Origin: Candidatus Poribacteria bacterium | GTDB taxonomy: Bacteria > Poribacteria > WGA-4E > WGA-3G | Assembly (NCBI GenBank): GCA_028824125.1 | Contig: JAPPES010000036.1 | Span: forward strand, 15,476-79,475 | Direction of reading: 5' to 3' | DNA length: 64,000 bases | Shown: in pieces, positions 50,672 to 60,905 of the stretch | Layout: every line of letters begins with the position of its first letter | How positions within the stretch are numbered: the stretch's first letter is position 1 | Notes under the pieces: model-generated | What the model was told of the DNA's origin: nothing | Seen by the model: only the letters and a program-made list of their open reading frames with translations | Databases searched by the model: none | Translations under genes and position numbers: made by a program

Positions 50672-50794
50672 ACAAGAAGTTCTCACTTTCCATTGAAAAG
50701 ATTGTGGTATAGTAGACAAAAGTCGGTTTATCATAACCGACTCTTACGCATAGAAGTATAACATGTTGTAATTTTTACATCAAGAAAAAACAAT

Positions 50795-50908
50795 TTATAG
50801 TAAAACTCACAATTACCTGGACATTGGCGAGGTTCGGAAACCTCGCCAGCGCGAACGTGTGGGGATTTTTATTTATTGAAATGTGAACATATTTTTCGAT
50901 TTACTATA
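50795..50908. repeat. MITE family A copy with a family B core hairpin
   Basis: The terminal inverted repeats are tttatagtaaaactc ... cgatttactataaa. The core is ggcgaggttcggaaacctcgcc. Confidence 0.6.
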
Positions 50909-50977
50909 AAAGTTGAACATCGCTTATGATCTCTGTCCCATTTGGAAACAAACGATTTATTGCGATTATCCAAAATC

Positions 50978-52120
50978 TTAAATTTCATCATCGTCATCAG
51001 ACGTGTCCTCAAATTCAGTATCAACTTCATCATCAACAAAATCAACACTTGGAATTTCACCTATTGCTTCTTGAGACAGGGAGCCGAGGTTTTCCCGAAT
51101 CTTTTTATCAAGTTCATCTGCGACTTCCGGATTTTGTTCTAAATAGGTTTTCACATTATTACGTCCTTGACCTATCCGTTCGTTGTTATATGAGAACCAT
51201 GAACCTCTTTTATCAATTAACCCCGCATCCACAGCAATGTCTAACAGGTTGCCCTCTTTTGATATGCCTTTCCCGAAAGTTACATCAAATTCCGCTTCTT
51301 TGAATGGGGGTGCCACTTTGTTTTTTACCACCTTGACCGTGACGCGATTTCCAAGTACCTCTGTGCCCTCTTTGATCTGTTGAGGACGGCGGATTTCCAA
51401 TCGGACAGAGGCATGAAATTTCAGTGCAAGTCCGCCAGGGGTAGTATCTGGATTACCAAACATTAAACCGATCTTTTGGCGAATCTGGTTAGTGAAGATG
51501 ACGCACGTTTTGGATTTGTTTGTCACCCCCGATAGTTTTCTCAATGCCTTAGACATCAAGCGCGGAAGCAATCCGACATGTGCATCTCCCATTTCACCTT
51601 CAACTTCTGCTTGCGGTGTTAAGGCAGCCACCGAATCTATAATCACAACATCAATGGCGCCGCTTCTAATAAGCGTTTCCACAATTTCTAACGCTTGTTC
51701 TCCAGCATCCGGCTGCGAAATCAACAAATTTTCGAGGTTGACACCAATGCTGCGAGCGTAAGTGGTATCCAATGCATGTTCAACGTCAATAAACGCTGCG
51801 ATTCCGCCCATTTTCTGCGCTTCAGCAACAACATGGAGTGCCAACGTGGTTTTCCCTGTGCCCTCATGCCCAAAAATTTCTATAATTCTGCCTCGCGGGA
51901 CACCGCCAACACCTAATGCTATATCAAGCGAAAGGGCTCCAGTCGGAATTACTTCTACCGGGACAACTTCGTTATCAGTAAAACGCATAATTGCCCCTTT
52001 TCCATAGGCACGTTCTACTTGAGAAATAGCTTGGTCCACTGCCTTCTTTTTCTCATCAGAGGCTTTTTTATCTTCTGGATTTTCTCCATTTTCCTTTTTT
52101 TTCTGATCGTCATTTGCCAT
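50978..52120 (-). CDS. recA: recombinase RecA with an acidic C-terminal tail
   Basis: Walker A ([13 protein letters not shown]), the L2 loop and an overall RecA match are present. Length is 380 aa. Confidence 0.9.
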   Translation of the reverse strand: MANDDQKKKENGENPEDKKASDEKKKAVDQAISQVERAYGKGAIMRFTDNEVVPVEVIPTGALSLDIALGVGGVPRGRIIEIFGHEGTGKTTLALHVVAEAQKMGGIAAFIDVEHALDTTYARSIGVNLENLLISQPDAGEQALEIVETLIRSGAIDVVIIDSVAALTPQAEVEGEMGDAHVGLLPRLMSKALRKLSGVTNKSKTCVIFTNQIRQKIGLMFGNPDTTPGGLALKFHASVRLEIRRPQQIKEGTEVLGNRVTVKVVKNKVAPPFKEAEFDVTFGKGISKEGNLLDIAVDAGLIDKRGSWFSYNNERIGQGRNNVKTYLEQNPEVADELDKKIRENLGSLSQEAIGEIPSVDFVDDEVDTEFEDTSDDDDEI

Positions 52121-52703
52121 TATCGGCTTTCTCCTTATTGAATTCGCAGATTTTTAACGGGGTATAGACTGCACCACTGGGATGCAACTCACTTTTGACA
52201 AGCGTAACTTTTTCGACTATCAGCGATGACATGTCAAGAACTTCAAATTTCGTAAATAGATTGATAAGAGGTTTCAAATTCACTCGGTTTTTGAACCTTG
52301 CGAGTGTAAAATGCGGGTGAAAACGGGTGTCTTTCGGATAACCCAACTCGGCCAGTTCAAGGTTTATTGCATTCGCTAATTTTTTTGTTGGCACAGTCCC
52401 CTGTTTTAAACCCACCCATAAAACACGCGGACGCTCCAAATTTGGAAACGCTCCTATTCCACCAATCTCGATTGAAAACGGGTTTTGACTTATCGCTATC
52501 CTTTGTAAGGCTACACTAATCTCATCTACATTTCGGTTCTCTACCTCACCCAAAAACTTCAAGGTCAGATGGAAATTCCCGTGCTTTGTCCACGATGCCC
52601 TCTCAATCTTTGGGCGAAACGCTTTTTGAACATCTACCAATAAAGCCTGAATTTTTTCTGGTATTTCAATAGCAGCAAAACACCGGATTGCATCAGATTT
52701 CAT
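52110..52703 (-). CDS. thpR: RNA 2',3'-cyclic phosphodiesterase (2'-5' RNA ligase family) ThpR/LigT
   Basis: Two H-x-T/S-x motifs (HLTLKFLGE and HFTLARF) are present. It overlaps the recA start by 11 nt. Confidence 0.75.
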   Translation of the reverse strand: MKSDAIRCFAAIEIPEKIQALLVDVQKAFRPKIERASWTKHGNFHLTLKFLGEVENRNVDEISVALQRIAISQNPFSIEIGGIGAFPNLERPRVLWVGLKQGTVPTKKLANAINLELAELGYPKDTRFHPHFTLARFKNRVNLKPLINLFTKFEVLDMSSLIVEKVTLVKSELHPSGAVYTPLKICEFNKEKADNGK

Positions 52704-52744
52704 TATGACCACCCAAATAACAAACTACTCCGTATTTTCGTAAG

Positions 52745-52889
52745 TTATAGTGAAACCCATAATTATTTTTACATTCTGTTCTTATGTGGATTTCAAACAC
52801 ACCATAAATGTAAGAGGCGCAATGAATTGCGCGACTACAAACGCTGCTAATCTTAAGAAAATGTAAAGTATTTTTTGACTTTACTATAA
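52745..52889. repeat. MITE family A copy
   Basis: The terminal inverted repeats are ttatagtgaaaccc ... gactttactataag. Confidence 0.55.
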
Positions 52890-53468
52890 GAACACTTTTC
52901 GGTTGCCATATAAAATTTCCAAGCCAGAGGCAACTGTCAACAACATGGGCAGGTACATCATAAAATAAATCGGTCCGTGCCGTTGAATGACATTTTGAGA
53001 ATCCTCAAAAAAGATAAGTAAAACCAAACTTATCAATATCACAACGACTTGGGTGAGGGTTTTGTATTTTCCCCATCGATTAGCCGATATCACCTCACCC
53101 TGTTTTACGACACACAGGCTTCGGAACACAGTGATAATAACTTCACGGCCTATTATAACCAACACCATCCAAATCGGAATTAGAGCGATCTTATTGTCAA
53201 GATGTTCAGGTTGAAAAAGATAAAAACTAATTAAAGCAGCGCCAACTAAAATTTTATCTACGATAGAATCCATGAAACTGCCTAATTGAGTCACTCCTTG
53301 TTTCCTTGCGATCTTCCCGTCCAAGTAGTCAGTCAAAGCTGCCAATGCGAAAAAGACTGTTGCAAGCTCTATGTCGTTCGCGCGAAAAAAGAGGATAAAG
53401 GGCAGTGTCAGCAATAACCGTGAAAGCGTAAGGATATTTGCCAACCGAAAAAAAGGGCGAAAATTCAT
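52884..53468 (-). CDS. pgsA: CDP-diacylglycerol--glycerol-3-phosphate 3-phosphatidyltransferase (CDP-alcohol phosphatidyltransferase family)
   Basis: The motif DYLDGKIARKQGVTQLGSFMDSIVDK (D-x2-DG-x2-AR...G-x3-D-x3-D) is present. It is a multi-TM protein of 194 aa. Confidence 0.8.
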   Translation of the reverse strand: MNFRPFFRLANILTLSRLLLTLPFILFFRANDIELATVFFALAALTDYLDGKIARKQGVTQLGSFMDSIVDKILVGAALISFYLFQPEHLDNKIALIPIWMVLVIIGREVIITVFRSLCVVKQGEVISANRWGKYKTLTQVVVILISLVLLIFFEDSQNVIQRHGPIYFMMYLPMLLTVASGLEILYGNRKVFL

Positions 53469-53478
53469 AAGTCCTTAT

Positions 53479-54180
53479 TTAATCAGAAAGATCAATCACC
53501 TCTGCGCCTTTGGGAATAACGAATTTGAACACGTTTTTGGGTAACTTTTTATCTCGTTGTATTTTAGATAATTTTACAATTACGTTTCGGCGACTTCCAT
53601 CTTCATACTGAATCACATGGCCAAATTGGACGGGAAGCCATTCACCTTCTTTAACCCAAATTTCGAGTATTTCCTTTACATTACCATCAGTTCTATTCAT
53701 CAAACGGTCTTTTGGGGTTAAGTGAATTTGATACACACCTTTGGAGTTTGCAGCTTCATCAGGAACTAATTTCATATCCCAATTCTCTGATAATCCCTCG
53801 AGAGATTTTCCAATTCCAGGTAAGAGCTCACGCCGCTGTGTTTCATCTAACTTCTGTTTATTGACCTGATTAATTACTTGTGCATAAGACCATGCGTAAG
53901 CACCATCTAAAACAATGGATTTTACAATTTTTTGGGAGTCTTTGGAGTCTAAATATTCTTTACGGAGGAGGTTGGGTTTGCCAAAAGTAAATCGTCCGTG
54001 AGCAACACTTTTTCTCGTTTTGTATAACGTTATCTCCTCAAATTCTGCGCTAAAGTTTTTCGACTTTTCATAAGCCGTTTTAAAATTCGCGTAAATTTTA
54101 TCAACTGTATAGGTATACCCGCTGGCAACAAAACATAACGAAAAGCAGAGTAGAGTAAAACTCCAACACAAGCGTTTCAT
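53479..54180 (-). CDS. LolA-like outer-membrane lipoprotein carrier/sorting family protein
   Basis: A signal peptide (MKRLCWSFTLLCFSLCFVA) is present. Size and pattern fit LolA-like proteins. A GGAGA RBS precedes the start. Confidence 0.5.
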   Translation of the reverse strand: MKRLCWSFTLLCFSLCFVASGYTYTVDKIYANFKTAYEKSKNFSAEFEEITLYKTRKSVAHGRFTFGKPNLLRKEYLDSKDSQKIVKSIVLDGAYAWSYAQVINQVNKQKLDETQRRELLPGIGKSLEGLSENWDMKLVPDEAANSKGVYQIHLTPKDRLMNRTDGNVKEILEIWVKEGEWLPVQFGHVIQYEDGSRRNVIVKLSKIQRDKKLPKNVFKFVIPKGAEVIDLSD

Positions 54181-54769
54181 GGCGATTCTCCTATTTTCCA
54201 AAATGAATTGTATCTATTTTGAATAAATAGTATAGCATAGCCTATTTTACCTGTCAATGTATTTTTCCCTTTTTCGGCTACAACATTTCAAATTAGAATA
54301 TGATGTTATGCACAGAAAAGCAGTTACAAACCCATTCTACAAGGAAATTTCGGAAAACTGAATTATTCTGTAAAAAGGTATATTTTGTTGCCGAAGTCTC
54401 AGATAAAAGAGAACCTACTAACATCTTGTAATCTATCAGTTGCTGTAGGTAGGCTCGCGACATCCAAATCAACGCTAAATGCACGGACGGTATTTTGCCC
54501 TATTTTGCCACTTTTTGCCATGTTTTTCGGTTTTTGGAATTACCATAATCATTTTACTGTCTATGTTTAGAGGCTTTTTTCGGCCACATGTGACTTGGAT
54601 TCGGGCAATTGCAATCTTACACTTTATCTTTGAGGTGTTTTATCAATATATCCATCAAATTTATGAGTTTTTGCGTTAACCAATCGTCTTTGTTGAGCGT
54701 GTGACTTCTCTCTGATATGAACTTAATTAGACTAATTAGTGCGTCTATTGTTGACGACTGCTCTGAATA

Positions 54770-55285
54770 TCAATCATCTGCTTTTGTTATATCTGGGATG
54801 GAGACTTCTATTTGTTGGGATATATCGGCGATGTTTTTTAGGATATCGCTTTGTGTATTCTGTAGACGTATGCACTCTCGTAGCACTTGCAAAAAATCGG
54901 CTGTTGTGGATATTTCTAACGTCTCACAATTCTCAAGGGTTGTGAGTAACTTATCGTCAAGAAGGTTGAGTCTCTCAAATCGTTCTGTTGTCTTTTTTAA
55001 CGTTGTTTTCAGTGTATCGCGAATTTTCTGTCTGTAAACTGCAATATATTCTTCACGCGCCAAGTCATATATAAGACCATATCTGCTTTTTGAGAAGCGT
55101 TTACTGCTTGGGTTGAGGGATCGCAGGTGCTGACGGATTGCCTCGCGGTTTTCTTTGGTGTTATCCAGTTTTTTTGATTCTAATAGAAAATTAACGATTT
55201 GTTTTGTTTCTGTTCCGCATGCGTATCGTTGTAACACCCCGATCACTTCTTCATCTGATAGGGTAATCGCTTTTTCTTTTCCCAT
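54770..55285 (-). CDS. hypothetical protein
   Basis: The 171 aa ORF, with a GGAGACA RBS-like sequence upstream, has no recognisable motif. Confidence 0.35.
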   Translation of the reverse strand: MGKEKAITLSDEEVIGVLQRYACGTETKQIVNFLLESKKLDNTKENREAIRQHLRSLNPSSKRFSKSRYGLIYDLAREEYIAVYRQKIRDTLKTTLKKTTERFERLNLLDDKLLTTLENCETLEISTTADFLQVLRECIRLQNTQSDILKNIADISQQIEVSIPDITKADD

Positions 55286-55439
55286 GGAATTATGTCTCCT
55301 TATATTTTCGTTCAGTTTGTTTGATGTCTCTTTTTCTGATATAAAAAAATGGCTCGCCTGTTTCCAAGCGCGCCACCGCGTAATTTTAGTAGTGTGAATT
55401 TCATATATATACGACTTGTGCTAATTGACTGTGTGTAAT

Positions 55440-56530
55440 ATATTTCATCCTATATTGTATACTTATGCATAGACAACATCTTTTAATGCCATTAACGGAC
55501 GACCTAAACATTTATTCATGAAAACACCGAGTGCGAAACCACCAAACTTATTGTTCATCCGTGTCAGTAATCCCCAATGAGTTCGGGCACGTATCCGTGA
55601 TATACTGAATTGGTCGCACAGTTGACTTATCGTTGTCTCAACCCGTCGTCTTATTTTTTGATGCAGTTTACGAAACTTTGGTGGATATTGTGCTTTTTGG
55701 TTCTCACGCCGCGTCGGTAATAGACAGACATTATAGGTTTTTAGCATTTGTGCTTCAAGTGCCTCACAAATATATCCTTTGTCTCCAATGATAATAGGGT
55801 AAGTGCCACGCTCACAAAGTAACGGAAGCACTTCTCTGTCATCCATGTCTGCGGGTGTGATGGCAAAATCAACAGGTAATCCATAAGAAGTCGTTATTAT
55901 ACTACACCGAAATCCTAAGAAAGTGCCCAGTGCCTTTGTCACACACTTTCCATAAGCAGCCAAAGTGCCTGTTCCATTCGCACATTTGAGGGGAGTATGA
56001 GAGGCATAGGCTCGCTTGAAATCACATACCGGCACCGGTAAACTATCTACAATATACACCGCATCGTCCGGTAAAAACTATGTCAAGAGTTGCCTGAGTT
56101 TATCACTCATATAGCACAGGTTTCTCCGTCTCCTATTAAAGCGAGACCGTTCGGGTAAATGTGGGAATAGATCGCTGAGTTCTGCTTTGATCATTTTGTA
56201 TCCGGCGAGTTCACTGTCCTTGCCGATAAGCTCTAATAACCAAGCGATGCAAATAATATCACTATCTGGACAACGGCTTTTCGGTCCCGGACGAAGTGCT
56301 TCGGCACCCGGGAAGTAGGTATCGTAAAGCGTTGCGGTGATATTTTGGACGACTGAGGCTGCGTTTCGTAGCGTGCGAGGTTTATTTTTTAGTTGCATTA
56401 CATGCTTTTCTAATGTATCCTGTAAATCCATCCTTATGTTTCCTTTTATAGAGGGTTTACTATAAGGTAGCATAAGGATGCACTTAAAAAACAGAAAATC
56501 CTAAATGTGTAAAACATAATATTACATAAA
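55440..56530 (-). mobile_element. IS982-family insertion sequence with its transposase split into two frames (56078..56473 and 55463..56059)
   Basis: The C-terminal ORF has DDE-region motifs including IIGDKGY and a downstream ...R...E. The N-terminal ORF (131 aa) is in a different frame, and together they reach ~330 aa. The ends of the element were not resolved. Confidence 0.55.
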
Positions 56531-56843
56531 AAGAACTAACTAACACAAGTCGTTATATATGTTAAATTATACCATAGATACGTCCGTTTAGCAATATTAA
56601 TTTTACAGATACATTTGAAGGGGTGGAGTGTTATTTGTGTTTGTCTGAATCTCGGATTATTTCTAAATCAAGGTTGAATGCGCGTCCAGTATTTTGCGTC
56701 GATTTGCCCAATTTTATTTGCGTCCAGCGTAGGTATTCGAGATTTTAGCAAAGACTCAGTTCAGTCTTTCCAGTTTACCTTTGATATTATAACCTGTTGT
56801 CTTGCATGGGTATTTTGATTATAGCACGGTTTGTATTGTAATT

Positions 56844-56910
56844 TAGTGCAATTTTACTGCAATAAAGTGCAATAAAATTGCAATTAGTGCAATGAAAATA
56901 TGTTTGCACT
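56844..56910. promoter_or_regulatory. array of 5 TGCAAT direct repeats at ~10-11 bp phasing
   Basis: The sequence is tagTGCAATtttacTGCAATaaagTGCAATaaaaTTGCAATtagTGCAATgaaaa. The phasing is helical. Confidence 0.35.
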
Positions 56911-56941
56911 TTTTGCGATAGTGTTATAAGTGGTGTTCTGT

Positions 56942-57376
56942 TTACCAGTCATCAGTTGGTAGCAATCCAACCTTTATCAGACTTTGATGAGCATCTACTA
57001 CCAACTTATTATCATCAGTAGAACCCCACATTACAGAGGATCGATTAATCTTCCAAAAACCACGCATCGCTTTTATGAGTGTTTCTGCTTGCTCTTGGGT
57101 TAACTTATTGATTTTGTCCAAGAAATCTGGTGAATTAATTCCCCATCGGTGTTCAGCGTTTGAATGGTGAATCATACCTGCAACCGCTTCAATGAGATAC
57201 CAGATTCTACAAACACGTCTTGGAATATTGATGCCGATATGTAAAAGTGCTTCCGCAATCAGACAATACTCTGGCACTGTGAAACCAATATTTCGGATTG
57301 CTTCTAAATTAGTAGCTACAGCCGCAGCTTTTTCTTGGATTTTTGCTTGTTCTCGGTTTTTTATTTCTGTATTCAT
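56942..57376 (-). CDS. hypothetical protein
   Basis: The 144 aa ORF is mostly helical and has no recognisable motif. Confidence 0.35.
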   Translation of the reverse strand: MNTEIKNREQAKIQEKAAAVATNLEAIRNIGFTVPEYCLIAEALLHIGINIPRRVCRIWYLIEAVAGMIHHSNAEHRWGINSPDFLDKINKLTQEQAETLIKAMRGFWKINRSSVMWGSTDDNKLVVDAHQSLIKVGLLPTDDW

Positions 57377-57406
57377 AACCGTGAGCCTTAACGGTTTTTT
57401 ATCGTT

Positions 57407-59023
57407 TCAGGGTCTTGGTATATCTTTCATCTGTGTATCCAACCATCTTATAATTTCTGCATTCATTCTATGTGGATATACACAGAAAAAAAGAAGCAGT
57501 AAAATAGGATGATCTTTTATAGATGGCGGAATGCATGCACCTTCAGATTCAGAAGAAATAATTTTTAATTCTTCCCAATTTTGCGTATGTTTTGGATGTG
57601 TATATTTGTTTTTTCCTTCTTCACTCCTCCATCTAAAAAAATCGCAAAAATTTTCGGGTTTAAAGGATACAGACGCTAATCTTGTAATGCCGGGCCAAAG
57701 GCCTTTCATAGTTTGCTTCCAGTTTCTACGTGTATACAAATGAACAAGGCCCTCTAATGCATAAGATTCGCCCTTGAAGGAATCCGTAAGGGGTTCTTCA
57801 TTGATCCGAAGAATATAAGGAAGAATATCCTCTACTTCATAATAGGGACTAGCAAGCAAACCGCCTCCCTGCGGTCCGTTGTACCTACATATTAATGAAA
57901 TCAAATCGCGAAGAAAATCGTCGGGTTTCCTCGTTGCATCAATCTTCCGGAAATACCAAAAAAAGGCGAGAATTTGAGGTATTGCCGCTTCTCCCCATAA
58001 CTTCAATTGGATTCTTTTCTCTTTGCAAAATTCACAAAGAAAATCGTCAATTTCATCTTTAGGTACTTCGTCTTTGCATCTCCAAAGAGCATAGATACTC
58101 ATTAAACCCAATAACCATGTTAAGCGCACCCTATAAACATAAGAATCTGCCAAGGGGTTACCCTCTATAAGATCCGTTCGATCTTTAATCTCATCGCAAA
58201 GATTTGCTAAAGAATCATAGAGGAATTGCGTTGCAATTTCAAATTCGCTTTTATAGACATTTTCGGGAAGGTTCCATCTTTCTGCCAGTGCCAGCATATA
58301 AGCGATGTACATAATCCATGCCTCAATTTCGGCTACATGGTTATTCTGGTTGGAAAAACTTGATATCGCAATGGCACACAAAAGTCCTGCACTTGCTATA
58401 GAACGGGTGCAGCGTTTTTGGGAAGGAGCTTTTCCATTCTTAAAAGGCTTAAGTGGTATTGTAGATTCAAACAGTGAAGCAAGTTTTTGCTTTGGAAGAA
58501 TTTCCTTTCCACATTCAAGAAACATTTCAAGTAACGTTTTTATGTCCGTTAATTCCGAAGGCCACAGTTTTGTTCCTAATTTCTTGGCTTTCTCAAACAG
58601 TTCTCCGCGATCTATGGTTCTCAACCGAAGGTATGATTGATTTTGATTCGTCCATGTTTCGTTTCTGCCTTTTATGTCAAAACTGACTTCCTCTGCAATA
58701 TTTCCATTCGTGACAAGATAAGACTTGTGATGTTGTGAAGTTTCAATTGAAGAATGAACTATTTTCCCTACGACTAAACTATCTATCTGTCTACTTACCT
58801 CGTTTTGCCATTTTTTTAAAGTGATGTTGCCTGTTTTCAACTGAAAAGCACAAGGTATCCCATCGCGATCGATAGTTATAATGTCTTTCCCTAGTTCACT
58901 TGCAGAATGCCTCGTAGAATGAATTATCGTATGTCCTTCTGCGGATAACATATAACAGAAAGGCTGCTGGAATGCGCGTTCAGTTGTTTTATCCAACCAA
59001 TTTTCGATCACTCTCTCTAACAC
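57407..59023 (-). CDS. Mrr-catalytic-domain-like (PD-(D/E)xK, D...QxK variant) nuclease fused to a ~430 aa helical domain
   Basis: The N-terminal GKDIITIDRDGIPCAFQLKTG matches the Mrr_cat pattern (D-x-hh-h-D...h-Q-h-K). The rest is unknown. Length is 538 aa. Confidence 0.4.
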   Translation of the reverse strand: MLERVIENWLDKTTERAFQQPFCYMLSAEGHTIIHSTRHSASELGKDIITIDRDGIPCAFQLKTGNITLKKWQNEVSRQIDSLVVGKIVHSSIETSQHHKSYLVTNGNIAEEVSFDIKGRNETWTNQNQSYLRLRTIDRGELFEKAKKLGTKLWPSELTDIKTLLEMFLECGKEILPKQKLASLFESTIPLKPFKNGKAPSQKRCTRSIASAGLLCAIAISSFSNQNNHVAEIEAWIMYIAYMLALAERWNLPENVYKSEFEIATQFLYDSLANLCDEIKDRTDLIEGNPLADSYVYRVRLTWLLGLMSIYALWRCKDEVPKDEIDDFLCEFCKEKRIQLKLWGEAAIPQILAFFWYFRKIDATRKPDDFLRDLISLICRYNGPQGGGLLASPYYEVEDILPYILRINEEPLTDSFKGESYALEGLVHLYTRRNWKQTMKGLWPGITRLASVSFKPENFCDFFRWRSEEGKNKYTHPKHTQNWEELKIISSESEGACIPPSIKDHPILLLLFFCVYPHRMNAEIIRWLDTQMKDIPRP

Positions 59024-59585
59024 GCCATTCCTCCTTTTTTCGTTCCATTAACTCTTTAAAACGTTTATCTATTTCAGGATCAGACTTTGCATCCTCAATA
59101 ACTCTTTTTACTGAAGGAAAAAGCTTAGGGTTTACAGGACACATTAACTCGCTTGGGTTGCCTTCTTCATCAAAATCTATATCAATTTTTTCTAATCCTT
59201 CAAAAAACAAGTCCATTGAGAATGGTTGTCCATCAGCAGAAACCACATTGCCAACTTCTTCAGTTGCTTTGTCAATTACTTCATAGAATGATTTTGCTTG
59301 TTGTCCCGCCATTTCTTCAGCAGCACTATCAATTTTATTAAAAACTGCGGCTTCATTCATTTTCTCAAATTCTTTCGTATTGACCTGAAGTTCAGCTGTA
59401 GCTTGTTTAGGATTCATTTCTTCAACCGAACCATCTGCTCTGATGAGAATGGTTTTGTTTCCCTCAAAATAAAGTGAAACAGGAACATAAGCAATGGGGC
59501 CTAAATGTGATAAATGAGATTGTCTAAATGCTAAATCCAGCATTATTTCCAATTTTTCTTTTGTTTTGAGAAAATCTGGTAACAT
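58989..59585 (-). CDS. hypothetical acidic protein
   Basis: The 198 aa ORF overlaps the downstream gene by 35 nt. Confidence 0.35.
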   Translation of the reverse strand: MLPDFLKTKEKLEIMLDLAFRQSHLSHLGPIAYVPVSLYFEGNKTILIRADGSVEEMNPKQATAELQVNTKEFEKMNEAAVFNKIDSAAEEMAGQQAKSFYEVIDKATEEVGNVVSADGQPFSMDLFFEGLEKIDIDFDEEGNPSELMCPVNPKLFPSVKRVIEDAKSDPEIDKRFKELMERKKEEWRVRESDRKLVG

Positions 59586-59634
59586 AATTCCATCCTTCCT
59601 ATTCTTATGTTTTGTATCAAGTTTTACTAATCAA

Positions 59635-59973
59635 TTACTCCGTAGTAATCTCAGCAGGGAGGTTATCAATAATCCGAGCAGATTCCACACTCACATAAAC
59701 AATACGCTTGATAGCCGCAACCAAATCACGCGGAATAGTCTCGATCTCTACATAGGTTGGATTGTGTTGCAGTTTTGCAAAATGGGACTGAATTGTCTGC
59801 ATCTCGTTCAGGTTTAGAGACAAAGTGCCTTCTTGGCAGATACGCATTAATTCGGCATCATCTGCATTTAGAATCTCTATTTCGTTAACCGTACTGGACA
59901 TCACTTCCTCCGTCGTTACTGTCTTAACTATGATAGGACTTACGCAAATTGGGGACTTTAAGAGGGGGTGCAT
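59635..59973 (-). CDS. hypothetical small protein (112 aa) with a paralogous fragment at 60758..60905
   Basis: The C-terminus ...VYVSVESARIIDNLPAEITTE is duplicated as ...WLMSVVESTCIIDNLPAEITGE on the same strand further along, in a Met-less fragment. Confidence 0.35.
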   Translation of the reverse strand: MHPLLKSPICVSPIIVKTVTTEEVMSSTVNEIEILNADDAELMRICQEGTLSLNLNEMQTIQSHFAKLQHNPTYVEIETIPRDLVAAIKRIVYVSVESARIIDNLPAEITTE

Positions 59974-60031
59974 ATGTCCTATTTTAAAAACTTCTCAAGT
60001 CCAAAACGCCTAATTCCGTTTTTACATGTAA

Positions 60032-60616
60032 TCACGAAGGTAGTTTACTCCCAAATGAAAGTCTACGTGAATGAAGATGGCTACCTAGAGAAAAAATATT
60101 TGACCCGGTTGGATAGATATCGGTTGATCTATATACGCTTAATGTTGCATTATAGAGCAGAGCTGGACATATACCAACTATACGATCAGGATCACGTGGG
60201 CCTTCATGTGTCGCAAAATCATATCTCCATTCATTAAAAGCATTTTGATGATCTATGAAAATAGATTTTACATCAGTCAATCCAGGACGTAAGATGTCTT
60301 GAGGGGTTTCATTCTTAAATATTTTCTCTATTTCTGATATGGATTTTGCTTCTAATATATCGAAATATCTGTATAAATTATGCCCCTTTTTTACAACTTT
60401 ACCCTCCGATTGAATTTTGTATTTCAATAATAATTCGGCTGAGTGGCATACAATCATTGCTATAGATATCGCAGATCCAGCATGATACGTATGCTGGTTT
60501 GCTTTAGAATTATTGTCATCTAAAATGATAAGACTCTTAGCAGAAATAAGCATGCCAGGTATTGTACCTGATAATAATATTTCGTCAATAACGATAGGAT
60601 CGTTATGTTTTTTCAT
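60032..60616 (-). CDS. hypothetical protein
   Basis: The 194 aa ORF has no confident motif. Confidence 0.35.
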   Translation of the reverse strand: MKKHNDPIVIDEILLSGTIPGMLISAKSLIILDDNNSKANQHTYHAGSAISIAMIVCHSAELLLKYKIQSEGKVVKKGHNLYRYFDILEAKSISEIEKIFKNETPQDILRPGLTDVKSIFIDHQNAFNEWRYDFATHEGPRDPDRIVGICPALLYNATLSVYRSTDIYPTGSNIFSLGSHLHSRRLSFGSKLPS

Positions 60617-60757
60617 CTTGGTTCCTCCTTATAGAATTACGAATTTTGGCGTGTTCCCAAGTGGAAAAACTCGGTAGCCTTAGAGAATACCTCCTAAGAG
60701 GTTTTGGTTATAGTGACGATTAGAATTAAAGAGACAATCTAACAAGTTTTACCAATC

Positions 60758-60905
60758 AACTACTCCCCAGTTATCTCAGCAGGCAGATTGTCAATGATGC
60801 AAGTGGATTCTACCACTGACATTAACCAAGCGTTTACGTCGTTGAGGATACCGTTGTTCTTTTCCGGATGTACAATGGTAACTTTACGTTTCAGGCTGAG
60901 ATATT
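60758..60905 (-). pseudogene. truncated paralog fragment of the 59635..59973 gene
   Basis: The translation EYLSLKRKVTIVHPEKNNGILNDVNAWLMSVVESTCIIDNLPAEITGE is preceded by an in-frame stop and has no start codon. The flanking nucleotide similarity (60690..60780 vs 59590..59650) points to a cassette duplication. Confidence 0.45.

Noticed and set aside
54202-54769. Several 60-106 aa ORFs in the AT-rich gap after the LolA-like gene
   Set aside because: They overlap, are Phe/Leu/Ile-rich as expected from AT-rich noncoding DNA, and none has an RBS or motif support.
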